Below are positions 38,101 through 48,419 of a DNA stretch of 63,219 nucleotides, in pieces. The notes under the pieces are model-generated. The model was not told where the DNA came from. It did no database searches and was given only the letters and a program-made list of their open reading frames with translations. The DNA is from an uncultured Spirochaetaceae bacterium (GTDB lineage Bacteria; Spirochaetota; Spirochaetia; SZUA-6; RPPD01). Numbering within the stretch: position 1 is the stretch's first letter; each line of letters starts with the position of its first letter. The stretch covers positions 6,930 through 70,148 of the forward strand of contig CAZEPL010000001.1 of assembly GCA_964514135.1 (NCBI GenBank), written 5' to 3'. A program made the translations under genes and the position numbers.

Positions 38101-39774
38101 TTATTTGTGGAATTCTTTTAACAAAGTAACACTGTTCCCGGTTTTATTATAACTTACTTTATCAAAAACACTCAAAGCCATCATCATCCCCCTGCCGTGT
38201 GCTTTAATATCTTCGGATATCTGCTTTGACTTTCTGTAAGCATTTTTGAAATCAAATCCCTTACCATGATCGGTAATGCGGTAAACAACCTTTGTGGGTG
38301 AAAGAGAATATTCGATAATTATTCTTTTATGCTGATATTCCGGTTGGTTTTGTCTGTTGCGAATAAAAAGAAAATAATTATCCTCCTGCAGGGCTTTTGA
38401 TTTTTCTTCGTAATTTATATTCAAGTTACCATGTTCAACGGCATTTATAAGCATTTCCCGTAAACCCATCCGGATCTCTCTGGTACCTTCTGCGGGCATA
38501 AATTTTGACAAATAGCTTACCAACCTATTGCTTATCTCTTCGATAGTGAGTAAATAATTATCGATTACAAAGCGGCTGCTTTCGGTTTGAAGATATTTTA
38601 GAAAAATATCTTCTTGAATAAGAATAGCCTTGCCTATTATTTCATCACCCTCTTCCTTTACCAGATAGTTAAAGTACAGGTCGTATGTTTTTGGCTCGGT
38701 TGCTAAAAAGGTCTTTAGTTTGGCTTTAAACGCCACAGGTTTTTTGATCTCCTTTAATGTTATGAATTTATCTTTAATAAAGCTCTTAAGAAAATCTTTA
38801 TTATCATTTTCCAAATATACAATGTCAAAGAAGTTTGTTTTTTGTAATAATTCGTTATTTAGATCCAGTTTACGTAAGGCCTGATTATTGGCATGGATGA
38901 AATAATAATTCTCATCAAGCGAAAAGATGCAGTCACGGGTACCCTCGGCTAAGATCTTATATTTTTTCTCGGAAAGTACGATTTTTTCATTGGCCTTTTC
39001 GATTTCTTTGGAAAACTGAATGAATTTTCTCGTTATTCCCGACATGAGAATAAGCACCATAACAGTGAGTCCAAAAGAAAAGCGGGAAAAGCTGATACCG
39101 GAGAGAAAATCATAATGAACATGAAAATGAATAAAGAGGATATCGATTGCCGCACCGTATATGGCGAAAAATAAACCGATGGCTATGGGAATCAGATCTC
39201 TCCTTCTGTGTTTAATAAGATCTGCTGCTACACAGATGGCACCATAAAGAATAAGCGCACCGACAAGCATATCACGTACATAATATAACATCCCTTCCTG
39301 ACCTCTGGGGTAATCGACCTGATCTTTCATTTTCAAATAAGTATCACTGTGCTTGGTTATAGAGATAAATAAGTCAGGATTTATAAAAGCTATTGCGGTA
39401 ATAGTAACGGCAATACCAAGTCCACTAAGAGCAATTATGTAATTAATTCTTTTCCATGTATTATTTAATTTGAGTAAATATGCAATTAGAAATGGAAAGG
39501 TAAATAAAAAATAGAGTCCGGCCAGTTGTTCTATGCGGTGGAACTGCAGACCTACCGGTCTATCCAAAAGCCAAGCTCCCCATACATTTATTATCATCTC
39601 ACTGGCTACAAAAAGCAGTGAGGTAAAACCGAATAATGAAATGGCCGTATAAAGGCTGGATTTATACTGTATGGCCAGGTACAGGAAGAGCAGCAGCCCT
39701 CCGAACAGCAATCCTGAACAGACAGCGGGTAGTAATAATTGCAGTACACTTATCGGCTGATTAAATTCAGGCAT
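38101..39774 (-). CDS. Multi-TM sensor / PAS / RsbW-like (HATPase_c_2) protein
   Basis: About seven TM segments; PAS-like DCIFSLD..FIHAN; EMLINAVEHGN, DHGKGFD, HGRG motifs. No HisKA H-box. Confidence 0.8.
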   Translation of the reverse strand: MPEFNQPISVLQLLLPAVCSGLLFGGLLLFLYLAIQYKSSLYTAISLFGFTSLLFVASEMIINVWGAWLLDRPVGLQFHRIEQLAGLYFLFTFPFLIAYLLKLNNTWKRINYIIALSGLGIAVTITAIAFINPDLFISITKHSDTYLKMKDQVDYPRGQEGMLYYVRDMLVGALILYGAICVAADLIKHRRRDLIPIAIGLFFAIYGAAIDILFIHFHVHYDFLSGISFSRFSFGLTVMVLILMSGITRKFIQFSKEIEKANEKIVLSEKKYKILAEGTRDCIFSLDENYYFIHANNQALRKLDLNNELLQKTNFFDIVYLENDNKDFLKSFIKDKFITLKEIKKPVAFKAKLKTFLATEPKTYDLYFNYLVKEEGDEIIGKAILIQEDIFLKYLQTESSRFVIDNYLLTIEEISNRLVSYLSKFMPAEGTREIRMGLREMLINAVEHGNLNINYEEKSKALQEDNYFLFIRNRQNQPEYQHKRIIIEYSLSPTKVVYRITDHGKGFDFKNAYRKSKQISEDIKAHGRGMMMALSVFDKVSYNKTGNSVTLLKEFHK

Positions 39775-39838
39775 AGTCTTACAATTGATTATTATAAGAA
39801 ATTAGTTTAGATTGTACACAACTTTTTTATACTATTAT

Positions 39839-40129
39839 TTAATATTTTCGATAATTCTGATGGGGACCTCTGTCTCTGTTTCGATTTTCTCTTGCTTCAT
39901 CTACTTTTATCACCTTGCCGTTCAATTCACGTCCGTTTAAGGTTGAAATTGCACTTTTAGCTTCTTCTGATGTCTCCATCTCAATGAAGGCAAAACCTCT
40001 TGATTTGCCGGTATAAGCATCAGTAATAATTCTAATAGAAGCAACATTACCGCATTCTTTAAATAACTCTCTCAATTCATCATCTGTGGTTTCATAACTG
40101 AGGTTTCCTACATAGACTTTGTTAGCCAT
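39839..40129 (-). CDS. RRM-domain RNA-binding protein
   Basis: RNP2 VYVGNL and RNP1 RGFAFIEM; start after AAGGAG. Confidence 0.95.
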   Translation of the reverse strand: MANKVYVGNLSYETTDDELRELFKECGNVASIRIITDAYTGKSRGFAFIEMETSEEAKSAISTLNGRELNGKVIKVDEARENRNRDRGPHQNYRKY

Positions 40130-40425
40130 TTCTAAAACTCCTTTTTGTATAATTATTTGCATCCAAATAATAACTGCAAATTACATTATTTTACTGATTT
40201 GATCTAAAATATCGGGGGATAACATAGGCAAGCAATTATGAAACGGTATAATACTATTTTTAATCTACCTGCTACATTATGAGCACGCTTCATATTTTTA
40301 AACCAAAGCAATATTATATGATATTATATAATATTGCTTTATACAAGCTAAATCTTTTTTAAACTTTAAGGACTATTTTCATTAGTATAATAGCGAGTTA
40401 TACTATGAGCAAAATAAGGAGGTTA

Positions 40426-40563
40426 TCTGTTTTTACCGGTGATATACTCCAGTCCGGTTCAAGCAGTTGGGGGGATGGTGGTTTGACTAAAAACAACCTC
40501 ATATAGTGGTACACCTCCAATACTTGTGGTAATTTTGACGGCAACAGAAGAGCCGGCTCTTTT
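40426..40563 (+). ncRNA. Candidate structured small RNA (6S-like rod is one possibility)
   Basis: GC-richer island in a 500-nt AT-rich intergenic region. Upstream TATAAT/TATACT; end pairing TCTGTT/AACAGA; inner GTTGGGGG/CCTCCAAT; ends with palindrome AAGAGCCGGCTCTT plus T. Confidence 0.25.
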
Positions 40564-40657
40564 AATGGGCCCTTATAATTGCATTGACATTTCTCTTTAT
40601 TATCATAAACTTTATAGTGTAACTAGACCTTCAAAAAAGAGGCAATGTAAATAGCAT

Positions 40658-42600
40658 ATGCTTCATTCGAAGGAGTATGTTGTGTCAGAATTTAAAAAAG
40701 ATGATAAATCCATATCAAAACTTCAAAACCAGGAACTTCTGCTTCAGATCATCGAAACAAGTCCCGTATCCATCACTGTTTTAGACAAAAGCGGCCGCAT
40801 TATTTTTGCCAATTCTCGGGCAGAGAAGGTGCTCGGACTTAAAAAGAACGATATCACGCAGAGAACATATAATGATCCTTTATGGAAGATTACGGATTAT
40901 GGGGGTAAGCCTTTTCCCAATAAAGAGCTGCCCTTTTCCTTGGTAAAGCGAACGGGTAAACCGGTATTTAACGTCAGACACACCATTGAGTGGCCGGAAG
41001 GTAAAAAGATATTTCTTTCTATAAATGCTTCCCCGCTCTTTAATGAAAAAAAAGAGTTTACCGCTATGGTCACTTCGCTTGAGGATGTTACGGAAAAGGT
41101 AACTTCCAAGAGGGAGTTGGAAGAAAGTGAAGCTCGCTACCGCCATCTTTTTAACCGTATCTCAAGCGGTGTGGCTATTTATGAAGCTGTGGATAACGGA
41201 GAGGATTTCATTTTCAAGGATTTTAACCGGGCCGCTGAAAAGATCGAGTCAATAAAAAAACAAACGGTAATAGGAAAGCGGGTCAGCCATGTGTTTCCCG
41301 GCGTGAAGAAGTTCGGCTTGTTTAATGTTTTTAAACGAGTATATAAGACAGGCAAAGCGTAGGATCACCCTGTTTCACTCTATAAAGACAAACGCATTAC
41401 CGGCTGGCGGGAAAACTATGTGTACAAAATACCTTCCGGCGAAATTGTATCCGTGTACGACGACCGCACCAAGCAAAAGCAGGATGAGATGGCACTTCGA
41501 GAAAGTGAGGCCATGCTCAAGAGCATTTTTCGGGCGGCGCCAATAGGAATCGGTCTGGTAAAAAACCGCATTTTGTGTTGGACTAACGATATGATTCATA
41601 AAATAACCGGTTATTCGGAACAAGAGCTCAAAGGGAAAAATGCCCGGATTGTCTACCCCACGCAGGAGGAATATGAGTTTGTAGGTAAGATAAAATATGA
41701 TCAGATCCGTGAGAAGGGTAAAGGCACTGTGGAAACACTCTGACAGCGCAAGGACGGGAAAATTATTGATGTGCTCTTAAGCTCCACTCCCTTTGACCTC
41801 AACGATTTGAGCCAAGGAGTAATTTTTACTGCTCTGGATATAACCAAAAGAAAGCAGATGGAAAAGTAGCTGCGCCATGTGGAAAAAATGCTGGCCATCG
41901 GTCAGCTTGCAGGCGGTATTGCTCATGACTTTAATAATCAGCTGCTGGGTATGATTTGTTATGTTGATTTGCTGCGGGAAGAAGTGGATAATAATCCACT
42001 CATGCATGAGTATATAGATCATATTTATAATATTACGGAAAGGGCAAGCGATCTTGTGAAGCAGCTCCTCTCCTTTTCACGCAAAGAAAAAGACCTTTGC
42101 GTACCATGGACCTTCATAAAATACTCAAAGAAGTATTCTCGCTTTTGGAACACACTATTAGTAAGTGTATTGCTATTAAGCAGCAGCCGAATGCAAAGGA
42201 ATCCGTATTAATCGGCGATCCTTCACAACTTCAGAATGTGTTCCTCAATTTAGCGCTTAATGCCCGTGATGCCATGCCCGAAGGAGGAGAATTATCTTTT
42301 AGTACGGATTTTATTAAACTGAACAAGCAAGCCTGTCGGAAATATGGCATTGATTTCGCTCCCGGTACTTATATGAAGATTAGTATTTCCGATACCGGAA
42401 TCGGTATGGATGCGGAAGTGCAGCGCCAGATTTTTGAGCCCTTTTTTACTACAAAAGAAAAAGGCAAGGGCATGGGAATGGGGCTTGCCGCTGTACAGGG
42501 GACTGTAAAGAAGCATAAGGGAGAGATAACGGTAGCTTCCCAACCAGGCCGGGGAGCCAGATTCACCATTTTCCTTCCTTTATCAAAAAAAGCTTCCTGA
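40658..42600 (+). pseudogene. Multi-PAS histidine kinase pseudogene
   Basis: Three PAS domains, HisKA GGIAHDFNN, HATPase NARDAMPEGG, DTGIG, GMGLAAV. In-frame TAG 41360, TGA 41741, TAG 41867 and a frameshift near 42097. Confidence 0.9.
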
Positions 42601-42713
42601 TAGATCTCAAAGCAATTTTTTTTATTGTATAATTTTCAATTCACAATTATTCTTATTATTAACCTAAGTTAGAGAAATAGTCGAAATGAGTAAGAATATA
42701 AGGAGATAAAGAG

Positions 42714-43754
42714 ATGAGCTTTCCGACTCATATTTCATTTACCATTACCAATCGCTGTAATCTGCGCTGCAAGATGTGCGGCCAATGGAGTAATGAAGGT
42801 TATCTGCATGGCAATTCTGACGGTTTAAAACAGGAGATGAAACTGATGGAATGGAAAAGGCTTGTAGATGAACTTAAAATCCATAATATAAAGGCCATGC
42901 TCTTACGGGGAGGAGAGCCCTTCCTGTTCCCGGGGATTATTGAGCTCTTGGAATATATTAATAGTAAAGGAATTTTTATTTCGATTGATACCAATGGAAC
43001 AAGCTTAGAGAAATATGCAGAAGATATTATACGGATTGGCAAGATACATCTTACGATATCTGTAGACGGACCGGAAGCCATTCACGACGGAGTAAGGTGT
43101 GTAAGAGGTTGTTTTGCTAAAATTAAGCGTGGAGTGCAGCTCTTAAATGAGCTTAAGAAAGAGAATGAGCAAAAGATCAGTATATCGATTAATTTTACCA
43201 TAAGCCCTTATTCTGTAAACGGACTTGGCGATATGCCTGATGTGGCTCGAAGCTTGGCTATAAAAACAATAACCATTGTCCCTTATTACTATGTTCCGGA
43301 AGATACCGGTAAAAAATATGAAAGCGAGCTTAATGAGGATTTGGGCTGTCAGGCTTTCTCCTGGATTGGATTTCATCATGAAGATTCGGGAGTTGATTAC
43401 ACTGTTTTTAAACGCGAGTATGAAAAATATATCAGTAATCTTAACGGACTGTATAATTACCCCTATATGGCTTTTTCTCTGCAGGATTACCGGGTGTGGT
43501 TCGGTGATACCATCACACCTGTGGGTAAGCTGCACTGTGCCAATGTTGAAAGGTTAATTGATATTCAGCCCAATGGTGATGCTAATTTTTGTGTTGATTT
43601 CCCGGACTATGTCTTCGGTAATGTACGTGAACATACAATAGATGAGGTGTGGAACAGCCGGCAAGCTGAACGATTTAGAGAATATAGACGAAAAAAACCG
43701 CTTGCCGTGTGTTACAGGTGCGGTGCAAAATATATGTCGAAGCTGGAAAGTTAG
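42714..43754 (+). CDS. Radical SAM protein with SPASM/twitch domain
   Basis: CNLRCKMC, GGEP, DTNG; C-terminal C..IDIQPNGD..FC..FGNV..VWN..CYRC. Confidence 0.9.
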   Translation: MSFPTHISFTITNRCNLRCKMCGQWSNEGYLHGNSDGLKQEMKLMEWKRLVDELKIHNIKAMLLRGGEPFLFPGIIELLEYINSKGIFISIDTNGTSLEKYAEDIIRIGKIHLTISVDGPEAIHDGVRCVRGCFAKIKRGVQLLNELKKENEQKISISINFTISPYSVNGLGDMPDVARSLAIKTITIVPYYYVPEDTGKKYESELNEDLGCQAFSWIGFHHEDSGVDYTVFKREYEKYISNLNGLYNYPYMAFSLQDYRVWFGDTITPVGKLHCANVERLIDIQPNGDANFCVDFPDYVFGNVREHTIDEVWNSRQAERFREYRRKKPLAVCYRCGAKYMSKLES

Positions 43755-43802
43755 TACGTATGTGCGCATCTAAAAGAGTGTAGCATTTTAGACGGGGGCT
43801 AA

Positions 43803-44195
43803 ATGAAAAGATTGAAAACATGGACAAAAAAAGCGGTTGGTTATTTTGAGGGGCTGATTTCGATATTCGTTAATCTTCTCCTGTTCGGCGCCAAACTATG
43901 GGTGGGAGTACTTTTTAACTCCATAGCCATGATAGCCGATGCCTGGCATAGTCTTTCCGATAGTTTAACCTCTATTGATGAAATAAAGAATTTGGTACTG
44001 GAAGCATCGGACAAAATATCGGACAGTCATCATTTTCATTTCCACAAATACGGGGATCATTCGGAATTAACCTTTCATATCAGGGTGGTGTCGAATATGC
44101 ATGTAAAAAAAGCTCATGAAATTGCCAATACTATAGAGCAGAAGATAAAAGCCGTATACGGTTTTGAAACCACAATCCATATAGAACCGGATTAA
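43803..44195 (+). pseudogene. Cation diffusion facilitator with most of the TM domain deleted
   Basis: NLLLFGAKL..SIAMIADAWHSLSDSLTS joined directly to the C-terminal domain IDEIK...HFHKYG...AHEIAN...TIHIEP. Confidence 0.85.
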
Positions 44196-44241
44196 AAAGA
44201 AAGGTAACTTTTTTACATAAAATTTTTACATAGGTTAGTTG

Positions 44242-44847
44242 TTAAAAAGATACTCCCGCAAAAAGCACGCTCTCCAGTTTATAAAGAGGGTAGACTTCGT
44301 ACGCAGTTACAGGTACTGGTTCATTCATTATTCTATAAAGAACCTTTAAACCGGCATGGAAGCGATCAAGACGGACAGCAATTCCTCCGCCTGCCTGAAA
44401 GAAGATAGAGATCATAAGCAGTTCTCCATCATAGTAGTTGGAAGCATGTTCATTGCTGCAGCAGGGCAGCTTAACTCTGCCTGCGCAACCGATTCCGAAT
44501 TCCACGAAAGGATCGAGAAAAGAATCTTCCGTAAAATGATAGCGAAGATCCATACTGCCTATCCAGTCGAATTCCCATTCAATTTCAGAGTTATCTTCTA
44601 TTCTGTTGAATTTACCCAAATAGGTCATACCGAAACCCAAATGATTGAGTATCACTTCCCAGTATACACCAAGAAAAACTTCAGGGCTGTCCAACATATT
44701 TTCAAAGAAATTTTTACAGCGCACTTCGCCTGCCAGTTCAGCAGCAACTGCGATTCCGATACGGAATCTTTCAGTGTTAGGACTTTCAGCACCAAGACTG
44801 CCGGCAAAAAACAGCAGCAAGGTGAATAGTAATAGAACACGTGGCAT
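44242..44847 (-). CDS. Small outer-membrane beta-barrel protein
   Basis: Signal peptide ending LGA-ES; DLRYHF..FLDPFVEFGIG; terminal FAGVSF. Confidence 0.75.
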   Translation of the reverse strand: MPRVLLLFTLLLFFAGSLGAESPNTERFRIGIAVAAELAGEVRCKNFFENMLDSPEVFLGVYWEVILNHLGFGMTYLGKFNRIEDNSEIEWEFDWIGSMDLRYHFTEDSFLDPFVEFGIGCAGRVKLPCCSNEHASNYYDGELLMISIFFQAGGGIAVRLDRFHAGLKVLYRIMNEPVPVTAYEVYPLYKLESVLFAGVSF

Positions 44848-44893
44848 CTTTATACCTCCTTGTTATAAAGATAAAAATATATCTTTTCCAATG

Positions 44894-44922
44894 TAACACC
44901 GGAGGTGTTATAAACTGTCACC
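44894..44922 (-). promoter_or_regulatory. Putative ECF promoter, copy upstream of the OMP gene
   Basis: Minus strand GGTGAC-N16-GGTGTTA, about 47 nt before ATG 44847. Confidence 0.6.
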
Positions 44923-44941
44923 TCAAAGTTGCTGTACCGTA

Positions 44942-47080
44942 TTATTTTAGAAGTTGGACACCAAAGAAAAATTTGGGTACGATTGCGGCTTCATCATTTG
45001 AGTGGGGGACAGGAAATGAAAACAGAGAGTAATCGATATAGGATTCGTCATAATAGAGGTCCGGGTGGTAGAGCTGGAGATTAACACCTGCAAATATTCC
45101 GAAGGAATCGAAAAATGTATAACCGACTTTAAGCCTCATTTGGGGAAGCAGTGTTTCGTGAAAGACACGGTTTCCGCTATCTTCACTGGAGTGAATTGAG
45201 GTGGCTAGTACGTCGATATCTATAAAAGCAGCTTGGATGGGAATGTGTAAGCCCCAGCCGATTCCTAAAGACCATCTGTTGGAGTCGGCAATTAGATCGT
45301 AACCGGCTAAAAGTATGGTGTAAAAAAGCCTGGTACCGAATTTAAATCCCACATAGGAAAGAGAGTTGATTTCGGTCCATAGTTCAAAATTACATATGCC
45401 GTCTTTTGCATAATTAAACAGGCCGATGGCAACTCCGGAATTTTCTTCCGCAATATTAATCAGTCCGACCTGAACACCTTCGACTTTTTGGGCGATGTTA
45501 AGTAAGCCTATCTGGGCTCCGCTGATATTTCTGGCCAGGTTCAGACCTCCGCTGAGTTGTGCTCCGGAAATATCTTCACCAATATTACACAGTCCGGCAG
45601 CCTGTACTCCCGAAACTCCCATGCCCGCATAATTATAAATACCACTTACTTGTACTCCTTCCAGTTTGCCTAGGGTGTAGTTAAAAATACCGGCAGCTTG
45701 AACATAACTTGTGTTTCCATATGCCACATTGAATATGCCGCTGGCAGACGCACCGAGCGTGTCGCCCCAGACAATATTGTAAAGTCCCGATCCCTGAAAA
45801 CCGTACATGTCATAGAGCACTGTGCTCCCCAGTACGCTTAAGCTGCAACCCTGGATCATATCGTTGACACTTACACTCAGGTTTAAAGAAATTGATGTCT
45901 GAACTATGGTGTTTTCTTTTTTGCTTTGCGGAAAACCGGGAAACAGAGAAAAAGTGAAGGGTGTGTATTCATAATCATATTTGCCGTCCAAATCCAGCAT
46001 AGGATCTTTATCTCCGCGAGCATACGTAGATTCGGAATATATGAGCTTCAGGTTTTTTGCATAAAGGTTTGTTTTTTCCCCTTTAGTCAGGGTTACGTTC
46101 GTCTGATAATAAGTAGAGTTGTCATCTATTGTAATAAGGTAGCTGCCCGGCGAAAGGCCGATTTCCATCTTGTTTTGTGCAACCTTATTGAGCTCTACAA
46201 TTAAATCTCCTTTTGGATTCCTGATATAGATTCTGCCTAATATATTTTCTTCAATTATCAGACTCGCGGTTACTTCACGCAGGTCCGTGAGCACAAGGTC
46301 TCCCGTACCCGAAAGTTGTATATCATAAGAAGGGTGCTGCGGGCCGTGCTGGGTTTTTTCGGTCCGTGCCAATGTTTCTTTAAATGTGTAGTGGTAGGCT
46401 TCGTTGAGGGTTACCACCCCATCCTGCGTTACATCAGCGGCACCGCGCAAACCGGAAATTAAATAGTGGGTAAAAAAAGAGGCCTTTATCTTATCCGATT
46501 CCTGAGCAGCTTCTGTTTCTGAGCTTGAGGTTAAAAAGGCATACCCTTTCATTTCAGTTGAGGAGTCTACCATAAACGGTGCCTTTTTTACTCCGCCTTT
46601 TGCTCTTATAAATACTCCGGATGCGCAGGAATCGATAACCGCAATACGCACATCACTCGGCATTGTGGCAATAAGTGAACGCAGGCGTTTATAGGATAAT
46701 TTTTGCTCACCGAGTAACAGTCCTTCTTCATCCGAGTGACCGGAGTAATAAAAAATGAATTCTTGCCGCATGGTACTTTTTTGCTGATTTACAATTAAGC
46801 GTTTAATGGCGGTAAACGAGTGCTCAATACGGGTTACATCCGGATTAAGTAATAATATATTGTTTCCGGGCGACAGCCCGCCCATTTCCTGCATGACTCT
46901 GTTAAAAGACTCCGCATCTTTTGTGGCATACTGCAGCTTTGTTCTGTCCGGTCCGCCTTCGTTGGCACCAATAATCAGTCCATAGCGGATAATGGCGGTA
47001 TTTTTGCTGCCGGCAAAAGCACAGAAAGCTAAAATAAGGAAAATGAAGCTGAAAGCCGTCGTCTTCTTGCATAGTGCCAT
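44942..47080 (-). CDS. Exported caspase-family (peptidase C14) protease with Ig/PEGA-like domain, glycine-rich surface repeats and beta-rich C-terminus
   Basis: Signal peptide MALCKKTTAFSFIFLILAFCAFA. Catalytic FYYSGH (His 46736-46738) and IDSC (Cys 46625-46627); SFFTHYLISGLRGAAD. Repeats GxQxxGxxN (LA_2272-like). Start ATG 47080 after GGAGA. Confidence 0.9.
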   Translation of the reverse strand: MALCKKTTAFSFIFLILAFCAFAGSKNTAIIRYGLIIGANEGGPDRTKLQYATKDAESFNRVMQEMGGLSPGNNILLLNPDVTRIEHSFTAIKRLIVNQQKSTMRQEFIFYYSGHSDEEGLLLGEQKLSYKRLRSLIATMPSDVRIAVIDSCASGVFIRAKGGVKKAPFMVDSSTEMKGYAFLTSSSETEAAQESDKIKASFFTHYLISGLRGAADVTQDGVVTLNEAYHYTFKETLARTEKTQHGPQHPSYDIQLSGTGDLVLTDLREVTASLIIEENILGRIYIRNPKGDLIVELNKVAQNKMEIGLSPGSYLITIDDNSTYYQTNVTLTKGEKTNLYAKNLKLIYSESTYARGDKDPMLDLDGKYDYEYTPFTFSLFPGFPQSKKENTIVQTSISLNLSVSVNDMIQGCSLSVLGSTVLYDMYGFQGSGLYNIVWGDTLGASASGIFNVAYGNTSYVQAAGIFNYTLGKLEGVQVSGIYNYAGMGVSGVQAAGLCNIGEDISGAQLSGGLNLARNISGAQIGLLNIAQKVEGVQVGLINIAEENSGVAIGLFNYAKDGICNFELWTEINSLSYVGFKFGTRLFYTILLAGYDLIADSNRWSLGIGWGLHIPIQAAFIDIDVLATSIHSSEDSGNRVFHETLLPQMRLKVGYTFFDSFGIFAGVNLQLYHPDLYYDESYIDYSLFSFPVPHSNDEAAIVPKFFFGVQLLK

Positions 47081-47081
47081 A

Positions 47082-47909
47082 CTAGTATTCTCCTTTAATA
47101 AGAGTAAATGTGGTTTGATTAAACTTTTGAGGAAGATCAAGATATTCTTTCCTGGCCAAATCGCTGTCTTTTGCAATCTGCCCGGCTTTGGCCAGTATTT
47201 CCGTAGTATTTAGGGGAGAGTCGGATGAGATAAAAAAGAAACGCTCAAAATCGGGGGCATCGTCAAGTTCAAAAGAATCAGCCAAAAATATTTTTTTATG
47301 TTGGGTTAACATTGTATTTGCGCTTTTTTGATAAGGGAAATGGAGAGATATTTTTCCTCTTCCATCAATTGAGAATATTACTCCGTATTTGTTCTGGGCT
47401 GCGAAATACTGCACTTGGATTGTATCATGCGCAGATACGGTTGAGCCGTCTTTGAGCTTCTCTCCTTGAGCCCCGTTTTTAAGGAATATGGCAATGAGAG
47501 GTTTATCGTATTTCATATCAGTTCCCTTGATCCGGGTAGTGTCATCCGTATGATTGATAACTCCCGGCTGGGATGTTAAAAACAGCGGAATAATAAAAAC
47601 CGCAGCCAGCAGCACAACACAGGCACTGGCAAATCCGACTAAGGGAACAGGGCGTAGAAAAAAACTGCTTGTCTTCTTTTGTTTTTCAGGAATTTGCTGT
47701 GCGAGTTTGGTTTTTATTTGTTGAGCCATCTGTTTGGCAGGGTACTTAATGAGTATCTTCTTATTGGATGATTGAATCTCTTTAATGCGCTTTTGAATTA
47801 TCTTATTTTCTGCAGTAAGTGCTTGTATATATTGAGTTTCTTGTTCATCAACCTCACCCAGAAGATAACGCTCCAGTATAATGTCGGGTATAGTGTGTTG
47901 TTTACTCAT
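47082..47909 (-). CDS. Single-pass anti-sigma factor (ActD-like) with periplasmic DUF4384-like domain
   Basis: PDIILERYLLGE N-terminus; TM VGFASACVVLLAAVFIIPLF; TRIKG; YGVIFSIDGRGKISLHFP. Overlaps the sigma gene stop. Confidence 0.8.
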   Translation of the reverse strand: MSKQHTIPDIILERYLLGEVDEQETQYIQALTAENKIIQKRIKEIQSSNKKILIKYPAKQMAQQIKTKLAQQIPEKQKKTSSFFLRPVPLVGFASACVVLLAAVFIIPLFLTSQPGVINHTDDTTRIKGTDMKYDKPLIAIFLKNGAQGEKLKDGSTVSAHDTIQVQYFAAQNKYGVIFSIDGRGKISLHFPYQKSANTMLTQHKKIFLADSFELDDAPDFERFFFISSDSPLNTTEILAKAGQIAKDSDLARKEYLDLPQKFNQTTFTLIKGEY

Positions 47910-48391
47910 AGGTAGACCTCCCTTTTTTCCTTCAACTTACTTTTTAACAGCTTCAAGCGTTTTCGAACTCCGGATACGGAAAGTTTTACTTCTCTACTCA
48001 CTTGCTCCAAGGTTAAACCGTCGACGTAGTGCAATACAGCCATTACTTTGGTGGACGCTTTTTCCGATTGAAAAATGGCATTAATAAGATCTCTGTGAAA
48101 AAATCTCTGTTCCTGATCGTCGCTGGAAGCTATATGATAAAGGATATCGTCCTGCAGTATATTTGGTCTTCTGGTTTCCGATCTTATTATATTAAGGCAT
48201 GTGTTAGTCGCAATCCGGTAGAGCAGGCTGGACAATGCTTTGGAGTTCAGTTTATTCTGGTATCTTAGGACTTTTACAAAAGTATCCTGCATGGCATCTA
48301 ATGCTTTCTGTTCATTCTTAAGTAAATAGTTGCAGCGACGTAATACCATGGGCCCGTACTTTCTGTATATTGCTTCGACATCAATATCCAA
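47906..48391 (-). CDS. ECF RNA polymerase sigma factor
   Basis: Sigma2 YRKYGPMV..ALDAMQDTF..LLYRIATNTCLN; sigma4 DGLTLEQVS..SVSGVRKRL. Confidence 0.92.
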   Translation of the reverse strand: MDIDVEAIYRKYGPMVLRRCNYLLKNEQKALDAMQDTFVKVLRYQNKLNSKALSSLLYRIATNTCLNIIRSETRRPNILQDDILYHIASSDDQEQRFFHRDLINAIFQSEKASTKVMAVLHYVDGLTLEQVSREVKLSVSGVRKRLKLLKSKLKEKREVYL

Positions 48392-48419
48392 GTCATAATC
48401 CTTTCTCTCTTTAATTATA

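Noticed and set aside
40440-40480. tRNA or SRP RNA suggested by GGTTCAAG / CCGG..AAGCAG
   Set aside because: No cloverleaf arms or SRP helix-8 geometry; kept only as a generic ncRNA candidate.
40658-42600. Stop-codon reassignment (TGA=Trp, TAG=Gln/Pyl) suggested by in-frame stops here and at 19303
   Set aside because: TGA and TAG end intact genes (6135, 10328, 11573, 47082). The affected genes also carry frameshifts, and the stops replace different residues.
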